From Candidatus Bathyarchaeum tardum (GTDB lineage: Archaea > Thermoproteota > Bathyarchaeia > Bathyarchaeales > Bathyarchaeaceae), in assembly GCA_024650005.2 (NCBI GenBank), contig CP122380.1:704001-768000 (forward strand): a stretch of DNA of 64,000 nt, in the 5' to 3' direction. Positions within the stretch are counted from its first letter, which is position 1. Every line of letters starts with the position of its first letter. The notes below the pieces were generated by a model. The model had not been told where the DNA came from. It searched no databases and saw only the letters and a list, made by a program, of their open reading frames with translations. Of this stretch, positions 1-9,657 are shown piece by piece. Made by a program: the position numbers and the translations under genes.

Positions 1-308
1 GTTACTGTTTGGGTGTCAACGGGTAATCTGCCATCGGAATTGTCAAACTGTATTACAACTTTAGCTGTTTTGGCTTTTTTAACGTTCAAATCAGGGTAAC
101 CGTGATAAACTAGTTTAGAAAGATTCGCAGCTCGCATTCTTCTGGCGCTGAGTTCCCCTAGCCCAAATAGCACTGCGTCTGCAATGTTTGTTTTTCCACT
201 TCCGTTCGGTCCCGTTATTGCTGTGAAACCTTTGTCCAGTGTAACAGTTGCGGTTTTTGGACCGAAGGACTTGAAGCCTTTAAGCTCGATTTTCTTGATG
301 TAAGGCAT
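1..308 (-). CDS. smc: Chromosome segregation protein SMC, N-terminal part (runs off window start)
   Basis: Manual translation from ATG at 308: MPYIKKIELKGFKSFGPKTATVTLDKGFTAITGPNGSGKTNIADAVLFGLG; GFKSF plus Walker A GPNGSGKTN; not in ORF track because truncated. Confidence 0.92.
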   Translation of the reverse strand, partial: MPYIKKIELKGFKSFGPKTATVTLDKGFTAITGPNGSGKTNIADAVLFGLGELSARRMRAANLSKLVYHGYPDLNVKKAKTAKVVIQFDNSDGRLPVDTQTV

Positions 309-450
309 CTTTCTTTAGTTCGCCCTCGGTTTTTGCATATACGGGAATTACCCTGTTTTAATTCACAAGTTCTCTGTAATACCTTCTATAAATAAGCTAT
401 GTTTTAAAAATTTGATTAAACTAACTGATACAAAAGTTTAGACAACCCGA

Positions 451-963
451 TTAGCCTTTTCTGGACGCCTGAAACTGCTTCGCCATGGCTTTAACAAAAC
501 TTTTCACGTTTTTTTCATCTCCAAAAACAAGTATGTCACCGTTTTCTTCAACCTTAACTGACACTTCAACATTTTCTGAAAGTTTTTGCACATTTTCAAA
601 TCGCAATTCATCTGTCGGTTTTATTCGAATCCATTTTTTATCTCGAGAAACTTTTGGTCCAACTATAATTTCCCTCGATTTTGTACAGTTTCTTTTTTCA
701 GGTTGATTTATTCTTTTTAACCAATCTTGAACCATTTTTGGTCCTTTTTTTTCTGCAACAAAAACCGCATAGGCTTCAACATTCTTCAGATACACTTCAA
801 CCCGAGAGAGGCTTTCCATGTGGTTTGGATCACGTTTCAAAACTTGAATTATGGTTTTTGCTGAACGCAAATCATTCATAACCTTTGACGGAATTTTTTC
901 TCCCATCTTTTGGATTTCAATAAGTAAATCTGACAATGTTTTCCATTTATCTTCATAACTCAT
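451..963 (-). CDS. DUF2096-like conserved archaeal protein
   Basis: WKTLSDLLIEIQKMGEKIPSKVMNDLRSAKTII resembles the DUF2096 N-terminus; probable start MSYE at 963 (ORF track starts 996). Confidence 0.6.
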   Translation of the reverse strand: MSYEDKWKTLSDLLIEIQKMGEKIPSKVMNDLRSAKTIIQVLKRDPNHMESLSRVEVYLKNVEAYAVFVAEKKGPKMVQDWLKRINQPEKRNCTKSREIIVGPKVSRDKKWIRIKPTDELRFENVQKLSENVEVSVKVEENGDILVFGDEKNVKSFVKAMAKQFQASRKG

Positions 964-1068
964 TGTATTCATCCCAATTAAAATTAGGTTCTCCAACTTT
1001 TCTACTGGCTAAAAAGTAATTAAGACCTTTGATGGTCTGAATAATATTGAAAAATGTTCTAAAAAAGA

Positions 1069-1521
1069 TCATTCGTTGTTTTCTAGTTGCCGTGCCCTTG
1101 TTTTTATCCAATCTGTAACTTTGCTTTCTGTCATCTGGTCTTCTTGAAGTTGTTTTTCCAGTTTTTCTCTTATAAGGGTCAACAATTTTGCAGGTTTTAC
1201 TGGTTTTGTTACGTACGCGTCTGCTCCAAAGTTTAAGGCTTCAATTGAGTTTTCAAGACTGGGGTAGCCTGTGACCATAATTTTTACCGTTTTTGGTGTG
1301 GATTCATGAACTTTAGTAAGTAATTGGGTGCCTTCAATGTCAGGTAGCTTGATGTCTAATAATGCCAGATTGTAAAATTTTTGTTTTATTTTTTGTTCAG
1401 CTTCTTTTCCTGTTTCTGCAACGTCAGTTTCGTATCCGTTTTGTTGAAGGATGCTTTGGATAGTTTCCCGTATGTTTTTATCGTCTTCAACTATGAGTAT
1501 TTTTTGCTTTTGATCTGTCAC
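1069..1521 (-). CDS. Response regulator receiver protein
   Basis: ILIVEDD, LLDIKLPD (phospho-Asp), MVTG, YVTKP receiver motifs. Confidence 0.92.
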   Translation of the reverse strand: MTDQKQKILIVEDDKNIRETIQSILQQNGYETDVAETGKEAEQKIKQKFYNLALLDIKLPDIEGTQLLTKVHESTPKTVKIMVTGYPSLENSIEALNFGADAYVTKPVKPAKLLTLIREKLEKQLQEDQMTESKVTDWIKTRARQLENNE

Positions 1522-1606
1522 ATTTTCACCTCCATTGTTATGTCAGTTTCTTTTAACGCCAGAACTTGGTCATTGACATTAATAGAAAAAACTAATAACT
1601 GCAACA

Positions 1607-1939
1607 TCAATTCTCTCTCCTTGCATATTTTATGTAATCTGCAAATTTATAACCTTTTTTTTCTTCATAATTTATTCCTAGTTCAGAATACAAATTCTTG
1701 AGAATATGTTTTTCGATTATGGTTGATGCAGACATCATCAACTTGGCTAAATTGTCTGAAAAAACTTCGGGTTTGTTAGCTATCTCTTCCAATTTAAGTT
1801 GAGCCTGTTTTTCCAAAAAATCATAGATAACTTTTGTTCCCTCTTTTTTGAAAACTTGTTTCAGTGAATCATCTACGATGTCGGCAAAGAAAATGTTCCA
1901 GTCTTTCTGACCTTTTCCAGCGTCAAACCTGTTGCTCAA
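1607..1939 (-). CDS. DUF3227/NitrOD5-like small protein
   Basis: VDDSLKQVF..GTKVIYDFL..LEEIANKPEVFSDNL..IIEKHILKNLY pattern; co-oriented with receiver gene. Confidence 0.55.
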   Translation of the reverse strand: MSNRFDAGKGQKDWNIFFADIVDDSLKQVFKKEGTKVIYDFLEKQAQLKLEEIANKPEVFSDNLAKLMMSASTIIEKHILKNLYSELGINYEEKKGYKFADYIKYARREN

Positions 1940-2235
1940 TTTTGGTTGACTTCCCGCTTTTACTTCTACTTACAATTGAGTTTTAGTATTGCATTTAAGT
2001 CATATGGATGGATAATATGTATTGCTATAAATTTTCTATTCATATTCAGAATCAAAACATTATAGAAATCCTGTTTTTCTAACTTTGATTTAGTTAATTG
2101 AACCCTTTTTCAAAAGTAATGGAATACTAAACGAATAATGTTTGCTAAATGAGTAATTCCTTTTGTTGCCTTTTTGAAATAGTTTTTATTAGAGCCCTTG
2201 CTTTCTTTCCCTCTATTATTGGTAACGATCTAGAG

Positions 2236-3720
2236 ATGACTCAAATGAACCGCAAAACTGAAGTGATGGTAATCGGAGCTGGCGTCATTGGCTGTGCTAT
2301 CGCAAGAGAATTATCCAAATACAATATTAACACAGTTTTACTCGAGAAAGAAACTGACGTTGGTTCAGGAGTCAGTAAAGGCAACAGTGGGGTTTTGCAT
2401 ACCGGTCTCTATTATCCAAAAGGCAGTTTAAAAGCCAAGTTATGTGTTGAAGGGCGATTAATGTTTCCTGAATTAGCAAAGCAACTTGATGTACCCTATA
2501 ATTTGTGTGGAAAACATGTAGTTGCTCGAACCGAAGAAGAACTCGATGATTTAGACGACCTAAAAGCAGTGGGCGAAGGCAATGGAGTCAAAGGGTTAAC
2601 CATAATATCTGGAGAAGAACTGAAAAAACGGGAACCTAAAATGGATGGGCTTTACGCTTTGTATTCTCCTGTGGCTGGAATTTTTGCTCCTTACCTTTTT
2701 GCTATTGCATTGGCAGAAAATGCCCTGAACAATGGTGTGAAAGTCCATGTTAATACCGAAGTTATGGCAATTAAGCAGTTAAACAACGGTTTTGAAGTAA
2801 CAACTAACAAAGGTGTTTTCCAAACTGACATTATTGTTAACAGTGCGGGTCTTTATGCTGATAAAGTCTCTGCGATGGTTGGTTTAGATAATTACAAACT
2901 GTATCCCTGTCGGGGCGAGTATCTGATTCTGGACAAGAAATGCAACGGATTAATCAACAGCATGATATATCCCGTGCCGCCCAAAGTTGCTGGAGTTTTG
3001 GGAGTTCATCTTACCCCTACGCCTTCTGGAAACATCTTGATTGGACCTAGCGCTGAATTCATTGACTCACGGGAAGATTCAAGAACAACCAAAGAAAAAG
3101 CTCAGCAACTAATTGAAGGTGCAAAGGATTTGCTTCCTTCTATTCCTCTTAATGAGATAATTTATGGGTTTTCTGCTGTGCGGTCTAAAATTACTCCCCC
3201 TGAAGAGAAAACTTCTCGTGATTTCATCATTCAGGAAGACCTTGAAAACTTAATTAACATGATTGGAATGGAGTCACCTGGGCTGACATCTTCTCCTGCT
3301 ATCGCCAAAATGATAGTTGAGATGATTAACCAAAAAATGGACCTGAAACAAAAAGCTGATTTTAATCCTATCCGAAAAAGAATTATGCCTTTCCATGAAG
3401 CTTCACGTGCTGAACAGGCTACTTTAATCAAAAATGACCCAGCCTATGGTGAAATAGTTTGCAGATGTGAACATGTTTCCAAACGGGAAGTTTTGGATGC
3501 CCTAAATAACCCAATTTCTGACAAAACATTAGCTGCCGTGAAATACCGAACCCGTGCAGGAATGGGTCGATGCCATGGAGGTTTTTGTTTACCCCGAATC
3601 GTGCAACTTCTTAAAGAGGAGTATGGTTTGCGTCCTGAAGAAATCAAACTGAAAAATTTGGATTCTACAATGTTTATAGGAAAAACCAAAGACCTACGGG
3701 AGACCGCAAAAGATGAGTAA
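2236..3720 (+). CDS. FAD-dependent oxidoreductase, glycerol-3-phosphate dehydrogenase (GlpA/LhgO-like) with C-terminal BFD-like [2Fe-2S] domain
   Basis: GAGVIG FAD motif, SKGNSGVLH, C-terminal VCRCE..GMGRCHGGFC; probable start ATG 2236. Confidence 0.85.
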   Translation: MTQMNRKTEVMVIGAGVIGCAIARELSKYNINTVLLEKETDVGSGVSKGNSGVLHTGLYYPKGSLKAKLCVEGRLMFPELAKQLDVPYNLCGKHVVARTEEELDDLDDLKAVGEGNGVKGLTIISGEELKKREPKMDGLYALYSPVAGIFAPYLFAIALAENALNNGVKVHVNTEVMAIKQLNNGFEVTTNKGVFQTDIIVNSAGLYADKVSAMVGLDNYKLYPCRGEYLILDKKCNGLINSMIYPVPPKVAGVLGVHLTPTPSGNILIGPSAEFIDSREDSRTTKEKAQQLIEGAKDLLPSIPLNEIIYGFSAVRSKITPPEEKTSRDFIIQEDLENLINMIGMESPGLTSSPAIAKMIVEMINQKMDLKQKADFNPIRKRIMPFHEASRAEQATLIKNDPAYGEIVCRCEHVSKREVLDALNNPISDKTLAAVKYRTRAGMGRCHGGFCLPRIVQLLKEEYGLRPEEIKLKNLDSTMFIGKTKDLRETAKDE

Positions 3721-4966
3721 CATTGATTCTCGAAACGTAGATCTGGTTGTAATAGGGGGCGGTCCTGCTGGTCTTGCAGCTGCTATCAGTGCCAAGAAAA
3801 ACGGTATTAACGATTTGGTTATCGTTGAACGTAATGATTGGCTGGGGGGGATTCTTCCTCAGTGTATTCATGATGGGTTTGGTCTTGAGATATTCGACGA
3901 GCACTTAACCGGACCTGAGTACGCTCAACGTTACATTGACGAAGCTAAAGAGCTGCAAATTCCATGTATGCTTAATTGTATGGTTCTTGAAATCACGCCT
4001 GAAAAACAGGTGTTCGTTGCTAGTCCCAAGGGTTTGATTTGTTTTAATGCCAAAGCGGTAATTCTATCCATGGGTTGCCGAGAACGTACCCGTGGTCAGA
4101 TTTGTATTCCGGGGACTCGTCCTGCAGGGGTTTATACTGCAGGGATTGCCCAGAATCTGATTAACTTGAAGAACGTGATGGTAGGTAAAAACGTAGTTAT
4201 TCTGGGTTCCGGAGACATTGGTTTGATAATGGCTCGCCGCCTAACATTGGAGGGGGCTAATGTTCACGCTGTGGTTGAAATTTTGTCCCATACTAATGGT
4301 CTGCCCCGAAACATTCAGCAATGCCTAATTGATTACAGAATTCCTCTTATGTTGTCTCATACGGTTACTGAAATTCATGGGCAAAACAGGGTAGAATCAG
4401 TTACAATCTCAGAAGTTGACGAGAACCTAAAAACCATCAAAGGAACCGAAAAAACAATCGAATGCGACACCCTTCTTTTATCTGTGGGCTTGATTCCAGA
4501 AAACGACTTGTCAACAACTTGCGGTGTACAACTAAATCCAGTAACCCGAGGCGCAATAGTTAATGAAAACCTAGAAACGACTGTTCCCGGAGTTTTTGCC
4601 TGTGGAAACGTTTTGCACGTTCACGACGTTGTAGACTTTGTTACAATGGAATCTGAACAGGCAGGCAAAAGCGCTGCAGAATATGTTCTTGGCAACCAAA
4701 AACAATTACAACGAATCACTGTCCACGCAGGTAACGGAGTGTGCTATGTTTTGCCCAACTGCATATCCAAGAATTCTGACGTCGAGTTGCTGTTTCGAGT
4801 CTTGTGCCCAACACAGGATGCATCTATCGGGTTTTTTGATGGGAAAAAATTGGTGAAAACTAAAAAGTTTAGAAAGGTTCATCCTGCTCAGATGATAAAA
4901 GTAAAACTTAGCAAAACTGAAACATCGGATATTTCTGGATTAAGAGTAGAGGTGCTACAAAAATGA
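3713..4966 (+). CDS. NAD(P)/FAD-dependent oxidoreductase (partner subunit)
   Basis: GGGPAG, GGILPQCIHDGFG, GSGDIG, GVFACGNVLHVHD; overlaps upstream stop. Confidence 0.88.
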   Translation: MSNIDSRNVDLVVIGGGPAGLAAAISAKKNGINDLVIVERNDWLGGILPQCIHDGFGLEIFDEHLTGPEYAQRYIDEAKELQIPCMLNCMVLEITPEKQVFVASPKGLICFNAKAVILSMGCRERTRGQICIPGTRPAGVYTAGIAQNLINLKNVMVGKNVVILGSGDIGLIMARRLTLEGANVHAVVEILSHTNGLPRNIQQCLIDYRIPLMLSHTVTEIHGQNRVESVTISEVDENLKTIKGTEKTIECDTLLLSVGLIPENDLSTTCGVQLNPVTRGAIVNENLETTVPGVFACGNVLHVHDVVDFVTMESEQAGKSAAEYVLGNQKQLQRITVHAGNGVCYVLPNCISKNSDVELLFRVLCPTQDASIGFFDGKKLVKTKKFRKVHPAQMIKVKLSKTETSDISGLRVEVLQK

Positions 4967-5328
4967 AAACCGAAATGATTTGCATTGGATGTCCTATGGG
5001 CTGTTACCTCACTGTGGACTGTGACGGAAAAACAATAAAAAATGTGGAAGGAAACCGCTGCCAAGTCGGATTGGATTATGCAGAAAAAGAAATTTCCAAC
5101 CCAGAACGGACGTTAACCTCTACTGTGAAAGTAAAAAACGGTCATTTACCCCTTGTAAGTGTGCGAACTAACAAACCAATACCAAAGGACAGGCTTTTTG
5201 ATGTTATGGACTTACTGGCAAAAGTTGAAGTAGAAGCTCCAGTGAAAATTGGAGACGAAATTGTTCCTAACGTTTTCGATACAGGTATTAATATAGTGGC
5301 TACAAAAAATATCTCTATACAAAAATAA
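4963..5328 (+). CDS. DUF1667 family small Cys protein (third subunit of G3PDH-like operon)
   Basis: CIGCPMGC..GNRC..PERTLTSTV; ATGA overlap with upstream gene. Confidence 0.82.
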   Translation: MKTEMICIGCPMGCYLTVDCDGKTIKNVEGNRCQVGLDYAEKEISNPERTLTSTVKVKNGHLPLVSVRTNKPIPKDRLFDVMDLLAKVEVEAPVKIGDEIVPNVFDTGINIVATKNISIQK

Positions 5329-5463
5329 GCTGGCAAAGTGTTAGTTGGTAGAAAATCAGGTCTGTATGGTTTTTTTGGAATCCACAGTAAAAATTATTGT
5401 CTATGACTGTTTGTGTTGACTTTTCCGTCTTCAGTGATATTTTTTTCAAAAAATTTCTTTAAT

Positions 5464-5991
5464 TTAGTTTTTTGTCACAGTTGCTTTTTTGCTCCTGAGT
5501 AATTTTTTGCAAACTGTAACTGCTAGTGTCACGACTGCAAACAAGGGAAGAATTATCAATGATGAAAATTCTGGGACAGAATCGATGTTTTGTTCAATTA
5601 TCATTTTGTAGTAATCCACATTTCCTGTTAGAACATCCATGTAAAATGATCCAGTATTGTTATAGATGGTTAATATCCCCGTTGTTTCTTCTGTGCCATA
5701 AAGTTCTATTTGTTCAAACCATGGCTCACTGCCTTTAATTCCAGTTACTGGGAAAAGATATGCCAGAAAGGCTGTTCTTTCAGAACTGTTACCTGGTGCA
5801 ATCTCCCATTTAATTCTCCAATCAACATGATCAATAGTAAAGGATTTTGTGGATCCAATACCACCCGCTCCAGTTAATGTAGTAACTTCAACCCAATTTT
5901 CAGAAGAAGCAAAAACAACGTTGATGCTACAAAAAGCTACTTGGTTCAATATGATTAGAAAGAAAACATCAAATAATTTCGTTTTGTCCAT
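5464..5991 (-). CDS. Secreted PEF-CTERM surface protein
   Basis: Signal peptide after MDKTK (start 5991); C-terminal VPEFSSLIILPLFAVVTLAVTVCKKLLR = PEF, TM helix, basic tail. Confidence 0.75.
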   Translation of the reverse strand: MDKTKLFDVFFLIILNQVAFCSINVVFASSENWVEVTTLTGAGGIGSTKSFTIDHVDWRIKWEIAPGNSSERTAFLAYLFPVTGIKGSEPWFEQIELYGTEETTGILTIYNNTGSFYMDVLTGNVDYYKMIIEQNIDSVPEFSSLIILPLFAVVTLAVTVCKKLLRSKKATVTKN

Positions 5992-6133
5992 GTTTTCAGC
6001 AACATGAATAACTATTGAGCTGACCCGTATAGCTCTCCCTGAAGAACAGAGTCGTTCTTGCAATGGAACGGTTTTCATTTAACAAAATGAATTATCGGAA
6101 TAAATTCAAGTGTTAAAACGTTCCTAGTGTGAG

Positions 6134-6148
6134 TTGGTAGCGGGGAGT
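6134..6148 (-). repeat. att-like direct repeat of the tRNA-Met 3' end
   Basis: TTGGTAGCGGGGAGT at 6134-6148 is identical to 10992-11006. Confidence 0.8.
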
Positions 6149-6260
6149 AGCTTTACAAAACCGTTTGAACCACCGGTTTTGTTTCACATATTTTTGTCGA
6201 ATTCTAGTGATCCCTTTGGATGGCTGTCCGAGTTGGTGGCGTGATTTACTTATTAGTTTA

Positions 6261-7288
6261 GGGGTGTGCACAATTTTAAGTGTTCTTAAGTCATATTTTG
6301 TTTTATGGAAGCCTGTGAGGTTGTCAGGCTTTTCGTCAACAAAGCCATAGTTCCAGCCGAGCCTAAAAGACCAGGAAACCCTGGTTATGGACCAGTCAAG
6401 GCACTAAGAGTGCTAGTCTACGCTAGACTCAAAGGCTTGGACAATGACACGCGAGTAGTTGAACACCTCAAAAAACATCAATGGATCGCTAAAACGCTTG
6501 GATTAGGCAGCACCGTACCTGACAGAACTACTGTTGGCAGATGGTGGAGACGCTTCCTTGACATTTTGGAGCAGACTTTCCTAAAGATAACAGACATGCT
6601 TCAACTCGCTTGTCCAACAAAGATTGCAGTTGTTGACTCAACACCGCTGGTAGACTTGTACGATATAGAAGCAGGTTTGGGCATTACTAGCAGGGGAAAG
6701 TTTAGAGGCTTTAAGCTGCATGCCGTCGTTAACCAGTTTGGTTTGCCGCTAAGAGCGATAGTTACGAGGGGTAACCGTTATGATGGCCCATTTCTTCCAA
6801 GGCTGATACAGGATTTGGAGGCTGACTTTGTGTTGGCTGATGCTGGATACGACTCAAAGCAAAACATTAAAGCTGTCGTGGGGATAGCTGCTAAGCCAGT
6901 AATTGCTGATAATCCACGCAGAAAAGGGAAAAGCCGCAAAATTGAGCCCAGTGGACTGTTGAAGGCTAAGCGTTATCTTGTTGAGCAGTTTATTGGGCAT
7001 TTTAAAGCGAATGTTTTGAAGGGTTGTTGGGTGAGGCCTAGGGGTTTGGTGAAGAAGACGGCTATGGTTATGGCTGGATTGATAAGCTATGATGTGGAAG
7101 CGATCAAAGCGCTGATACTTGGCGAGAATAGCCTAAAGACGGTGAGCAAGTATTGGGCTTGACCCAACGACAAATGGTTATGGAGCCCTCATTAGACGCC
7201 AAATCAATGGTGCATCGCGGGTGCCAGCCCAGACTGCTCAAAGAATAACTTAGCAATAAAAACTATAAAAAGCGAATTGTGCACACCC
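6261..7288 (+). mobile_element. Insertion sequence (IS5/IS4-superfamily DDE type)
   Basis: 14-bp terminal inverted repeats GGGTGTGCACAATT (6262-6275) / AATTGTGCACACCC (7275-7288); TA on both flanks (6259-60, 7289-90); single transposase. Confidence 0.88.
6305..7162 (+). CDS. DDE transposase
   Basis: VVDST, GFKLHAVV, LADAGYDS, RYLVEQ catalytic motifs; PDRTTVGR N-terminal motif. Confidence 0.92.
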   Translation: MEACEVVRLFVNKAIVPAEPKRPGNPGYGPVKALRVLVYARLKGLDNDTRVVEHLKKHQWIAKTLGLGSTVPDRTTVGRWWRRFLDILEQTFLKITDMLQLACPTKIAVVDSTPLVDLYDIEAGLGITSRGKFRGFKLHAVVNQFGLPLRAIVTRGNRYDGPFLPRLIQDLEADFVLADAGYDSKQNIKAVVGIAAKPVIADNPRRKGKSRKIEPSGLLKAKRYLVEQFIGHFKANVLKGCWVRPRGLVKKTAMVMAGLISYDVEAIKALILGENSLKTVSKYWA

Positions 7289-8577
7289 TAATTAGTTCTT
7301 TTAACTCGACAAAATGCTTTCTTTTTTGTAATTACTGCAAAAGATGTGGCAACCAGAAACAATGGTAAAAAGAGCCATGAAGGAAACTCTGGAACATTAC
7401 CCATCTCATCGGTTTTAATCAACCAAAAGTCACTGTTTCCAGCTCCAAAAGACGTTGTGTAGCCTGCTATGGCGTATCCTCCATCAGACGTCTCAACCAA
7501 CGATTGAGCATATTCAGCTTCTGCTCCTCCGTATGTTTGGTTCCACTCCACATTCCCGTGAATATCGGTTTTAATCAACCAAAAGTCGCTGTTTCCAGCT
7601 CCAAAAGACGTTGTGTAGCCTGCTATGGCGTATCCTCCATCAGACGTCTCAACCAAAGAATAAGCCTTGTCAGGATTTGTTCCTCCATATGTTTGGTTCC
7701 ATTCCATATTTCCGTTTGCGTCAGTTTTAACTAACCAAAAGTCACTGTTTCCAGCTCCAAAAGACGTTGTGTAGCCTGCTATGGCGTATCCTCCATCAGA
7801 CGTCTCAACCAACGATTGAGCATATTCAGCTTCTGCTCCTCCGTATGTTTGGTTCCACTCCACATTCCCGTGAATATCGGTTTTAATCAACCAAAAGTCG
7901 CTGTTTCCAGCTCCAAAAGACTCTGTTTGACCAGCTATGGCGTATCCACCGTCAGATGTTTCAATCAAAGAATAAGCTACGTCCTTACTTGTTCCTCCAT
8001 ATGTTTGGTTCCACTGAATATATCCATTCGAGTCAGTCTTTATTAGCCAACAATCATCATCTCCAGCGCCAACAGGCGTTGTGTAGCCTGCTATGGCGTA
8101 TCCTCCATCAGACGTCTCAACCAAAGAATAAGCAGATTCAAAAGTTGCTGCTCCTCCATAGGTCCTTTGCCATTGCTCATTCCCAGTTGCATCCGTTTTA
8201 ATTAACCAAAAATCATCTAATCGAACAAGGAAGACATATGTGTGTCCTGCCATTGCGTATCCTCCATCAGAGGTTTCAATCAACGAACGAACATAGCCCG
8301 TCCCTGATCCCCCACCAGTCTTTGTCCACAGCATATTTCCATCTGCGTCAGTTTTAACTAACCAAAAGTCACTGTTTCCAGCTCCAAAAGACGTTGTGTA
8401 GCCTGCTATGGCGTATCCTCCATCAGACGTCTCAACCAAAGAATAAGCCTTGTCAGGATTTGTTCCTCCATATGTTTGGTTCCACATCAACGAAGATGCC
8501 GCAACCGAACTGATTAAAGAAAAACTAAACAAAACGAGAATTAGGATGCTTGAAAATAATAGTTGTTTACAAAGCAT
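7288..8577 (-). CDS. PEF-CTERM surface protein with ~52-aa beta-propeller-like repeats
   Basis: Signal peptide; ~7 repeats WNQTYGG..AYSLVETSDGGYAIAG..DFWLVKTD; C-terminal VPEFPSWLFLPLFLVATSFAVITKKK. Confidence 0.88.
   Translation of the reverse strand: MLCKQLLFSSILILVLFSFSLISSVAASSLMWNQTYGGTNPDKAYSLVETSDGGYAIAGYTTSFGAGNSDFWLVKTDADGNMLWTKTGGGSGTGYVRSLIETSDGGYAMAGHTYVFLVRLDDFWLIKTDATGNEQWQRTYGGAATFESAYSLVETSDGGYAIAGYTTPVGAGDDDCWLIKTDSNGYIQWNQTYGGTSKDVAYSLIETSDGGYAIAGQTESFGAGNSDFWLIKTDIHGNVEWNQTYGGAEAEYAQSLVETSDGGYAIAGYTTSFGAGNSDFWLVKTDANGNMEWNQTYGGTNPDKAYSLVETSDGGYAIAGYTTSFGAGNSDFWLIKTDIHGNVEWNQTYGGAEAEYAQSLVETSDGGYAIAGYTTSFGAGNSDFWLIKTDEMGNVPEFPSWLFLPLFLVATSFAVITKKKAFCRVKRTN
7421..7921. repeat. 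Intragenic exact DNA repeat (189 bp, offset 312 = 2 x 156-bp unit)
   Basis: 7421-7609 matches 7733-7921; ~7589-7700 recurs at ~8370-8480. Confidence 0.85.
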
Positions 8578-8626
8578 TCATAATCTCCCTAAAACGATTC
8601 ATATATTTTCACTTAAGTATTTTTTC

Positions 8627-8642
8627 GTCAACAAACCTTGAC
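8627..8642. promoter_or_regulatory. Palindromic operator candidate GTCAA-N6-TTGAC just upstream of BRE/TATA-like sequence
   Basis: GTCAACAAACCTTGAC; same motif at the same position before the paralog (60575-60590); weaker copy at 8660-8675. Confidence 0.6.
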
Positions 8643-8791
8643 ATAAAGTCATTTATCGAGTCAAGAAAAGTTGATGAGACTATTCAATAGTTGAAATCTT
8701 CACTTGGTTATTTAATATCCATTTATCATTCTTGTGAACAACAAAGGTGAAGTTTTTTTTTTTTAAAAAAAATCAAAAAAAGGGGAGGGGG

Positions 8792-9625
8792 TTAGGATTG
8801 TTTTTTGAGTGGTTGAAACCAGGTATTTTGTGTGAGCTCATTCATTGGCAATAGCTCATTCTTGAGAAAACCATCATTGTATTCTTGGAGTTGAACCTGT
8901 GTTTTGTTGTTTGCGCTTATCGCGTCTAGTTGAACCGAGATTGCTCTGTTCGTCATTGTTACGCGACCAATTCTGTGAAATTTAACTGAAATTGTGTTTG
9001 GTTTTCCAGCACTCCATAGACCAAGTCCGTTTTTGTAGTTAGTGTAAGTTCCAAAAGATCCGACTTTTGCACTCAAAAAGGATTCATCATCAGTCCAATT
9101 GAAGCAAAACATCCCGCTCACACCGTCGATGCTATTTTCATCAAACAAATCGTAGATGCCCCTAGTTAAAGCGTTTAATTCCACATCGGCGAAAGAAGGA
9201 TTGCAGTTTGTTCCTGTGAAGAAAACAAAATTTTCAGCGGGTCCTTTGTCGGATACTATAGTGACTTTGAAAACTTCAAGAATAGCGTCGCACAGCACAT
9301 CTTCAACGGTAGGTCGTGTAACGTTGAAATAGACTGCAGAGGGATATTGGCTTAGAGGATGCAATAGAACTCCTTTAGAATCAGTAACAGTAGCGTTTGG
9401 AATGCCTTTGCCCGCATAAGCGTATGTTACATCCAAATTGAACTGTTGTTCAGTTTCTAGAAAGTTGGGAGTGCTGGCTGAAAGGGAACCTGTGGGGTAT
9501 AGACAAAGCATAACAATAATGATTATTACTGCTATTAGTGAAATGCCCGTGAAAATGCGATTGATAGATTCTTTTTTGGCAGATGCTAGTTTCCTAAGCC
9601 CGTGAGAATTACGTTTTTTGTCCAT
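8792..9625 (-). CDS. Uncharacterised membrane-anchored protein (paralog of 60720-61391)
   Basis: N-terminal TM anchor; shares YAY.GKG, SQYPS.VYFN, SAKVGS.GT.TNYKNGLGLWSAGKPN, QLQEY..GFLKNEL with the paralog. Confidence 0.8.
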   Translation of the reverse strand: MDKKRNSHGLRKLASAKKESINRIFTGISLIAVIIIIVMLCLYPTGSLSASTPNFLETEQQFNLDVTYAYAGKGIPNATVTDSKGVLLHPLSQYPSAVYFNVTRPTVEDVLCDAILEVFKVTIVSDKGPAENFVFFTGTNCNPSFADVELNALTRGIYDLFDENSIDGVSGMFCFNWTDDESFLSAKVGSFGTYTNYKNGLGLWSAGKPNTISVKFHRIGRVTMTNRAISVQLDAISANNKTQVQLQEYNDGFLKNELLPMNELTQNTWFQPLKKQS

Positions 9626-9657
9626 ATATCATTCCTTCATGTAAACATGTTCATGGT

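Noticed and set aside
5344-5351. GTTGGTAG as a second att remnant
   Set aside because: Only 7-8 bp match, which is expected by chance.
7421-8484. Diversity-generating retroelement TR/VR pair
   Set aside because: The repeats are in-frame coding units that are identical rather than adenine-mismatched, and no reverse transcriptase is present in the window.
7288-8577. CRISPR array suggested by regular repeats
   Set aside because: The 156-bp period lies inside an intact ORF, with no unique spacers and no cas genes.
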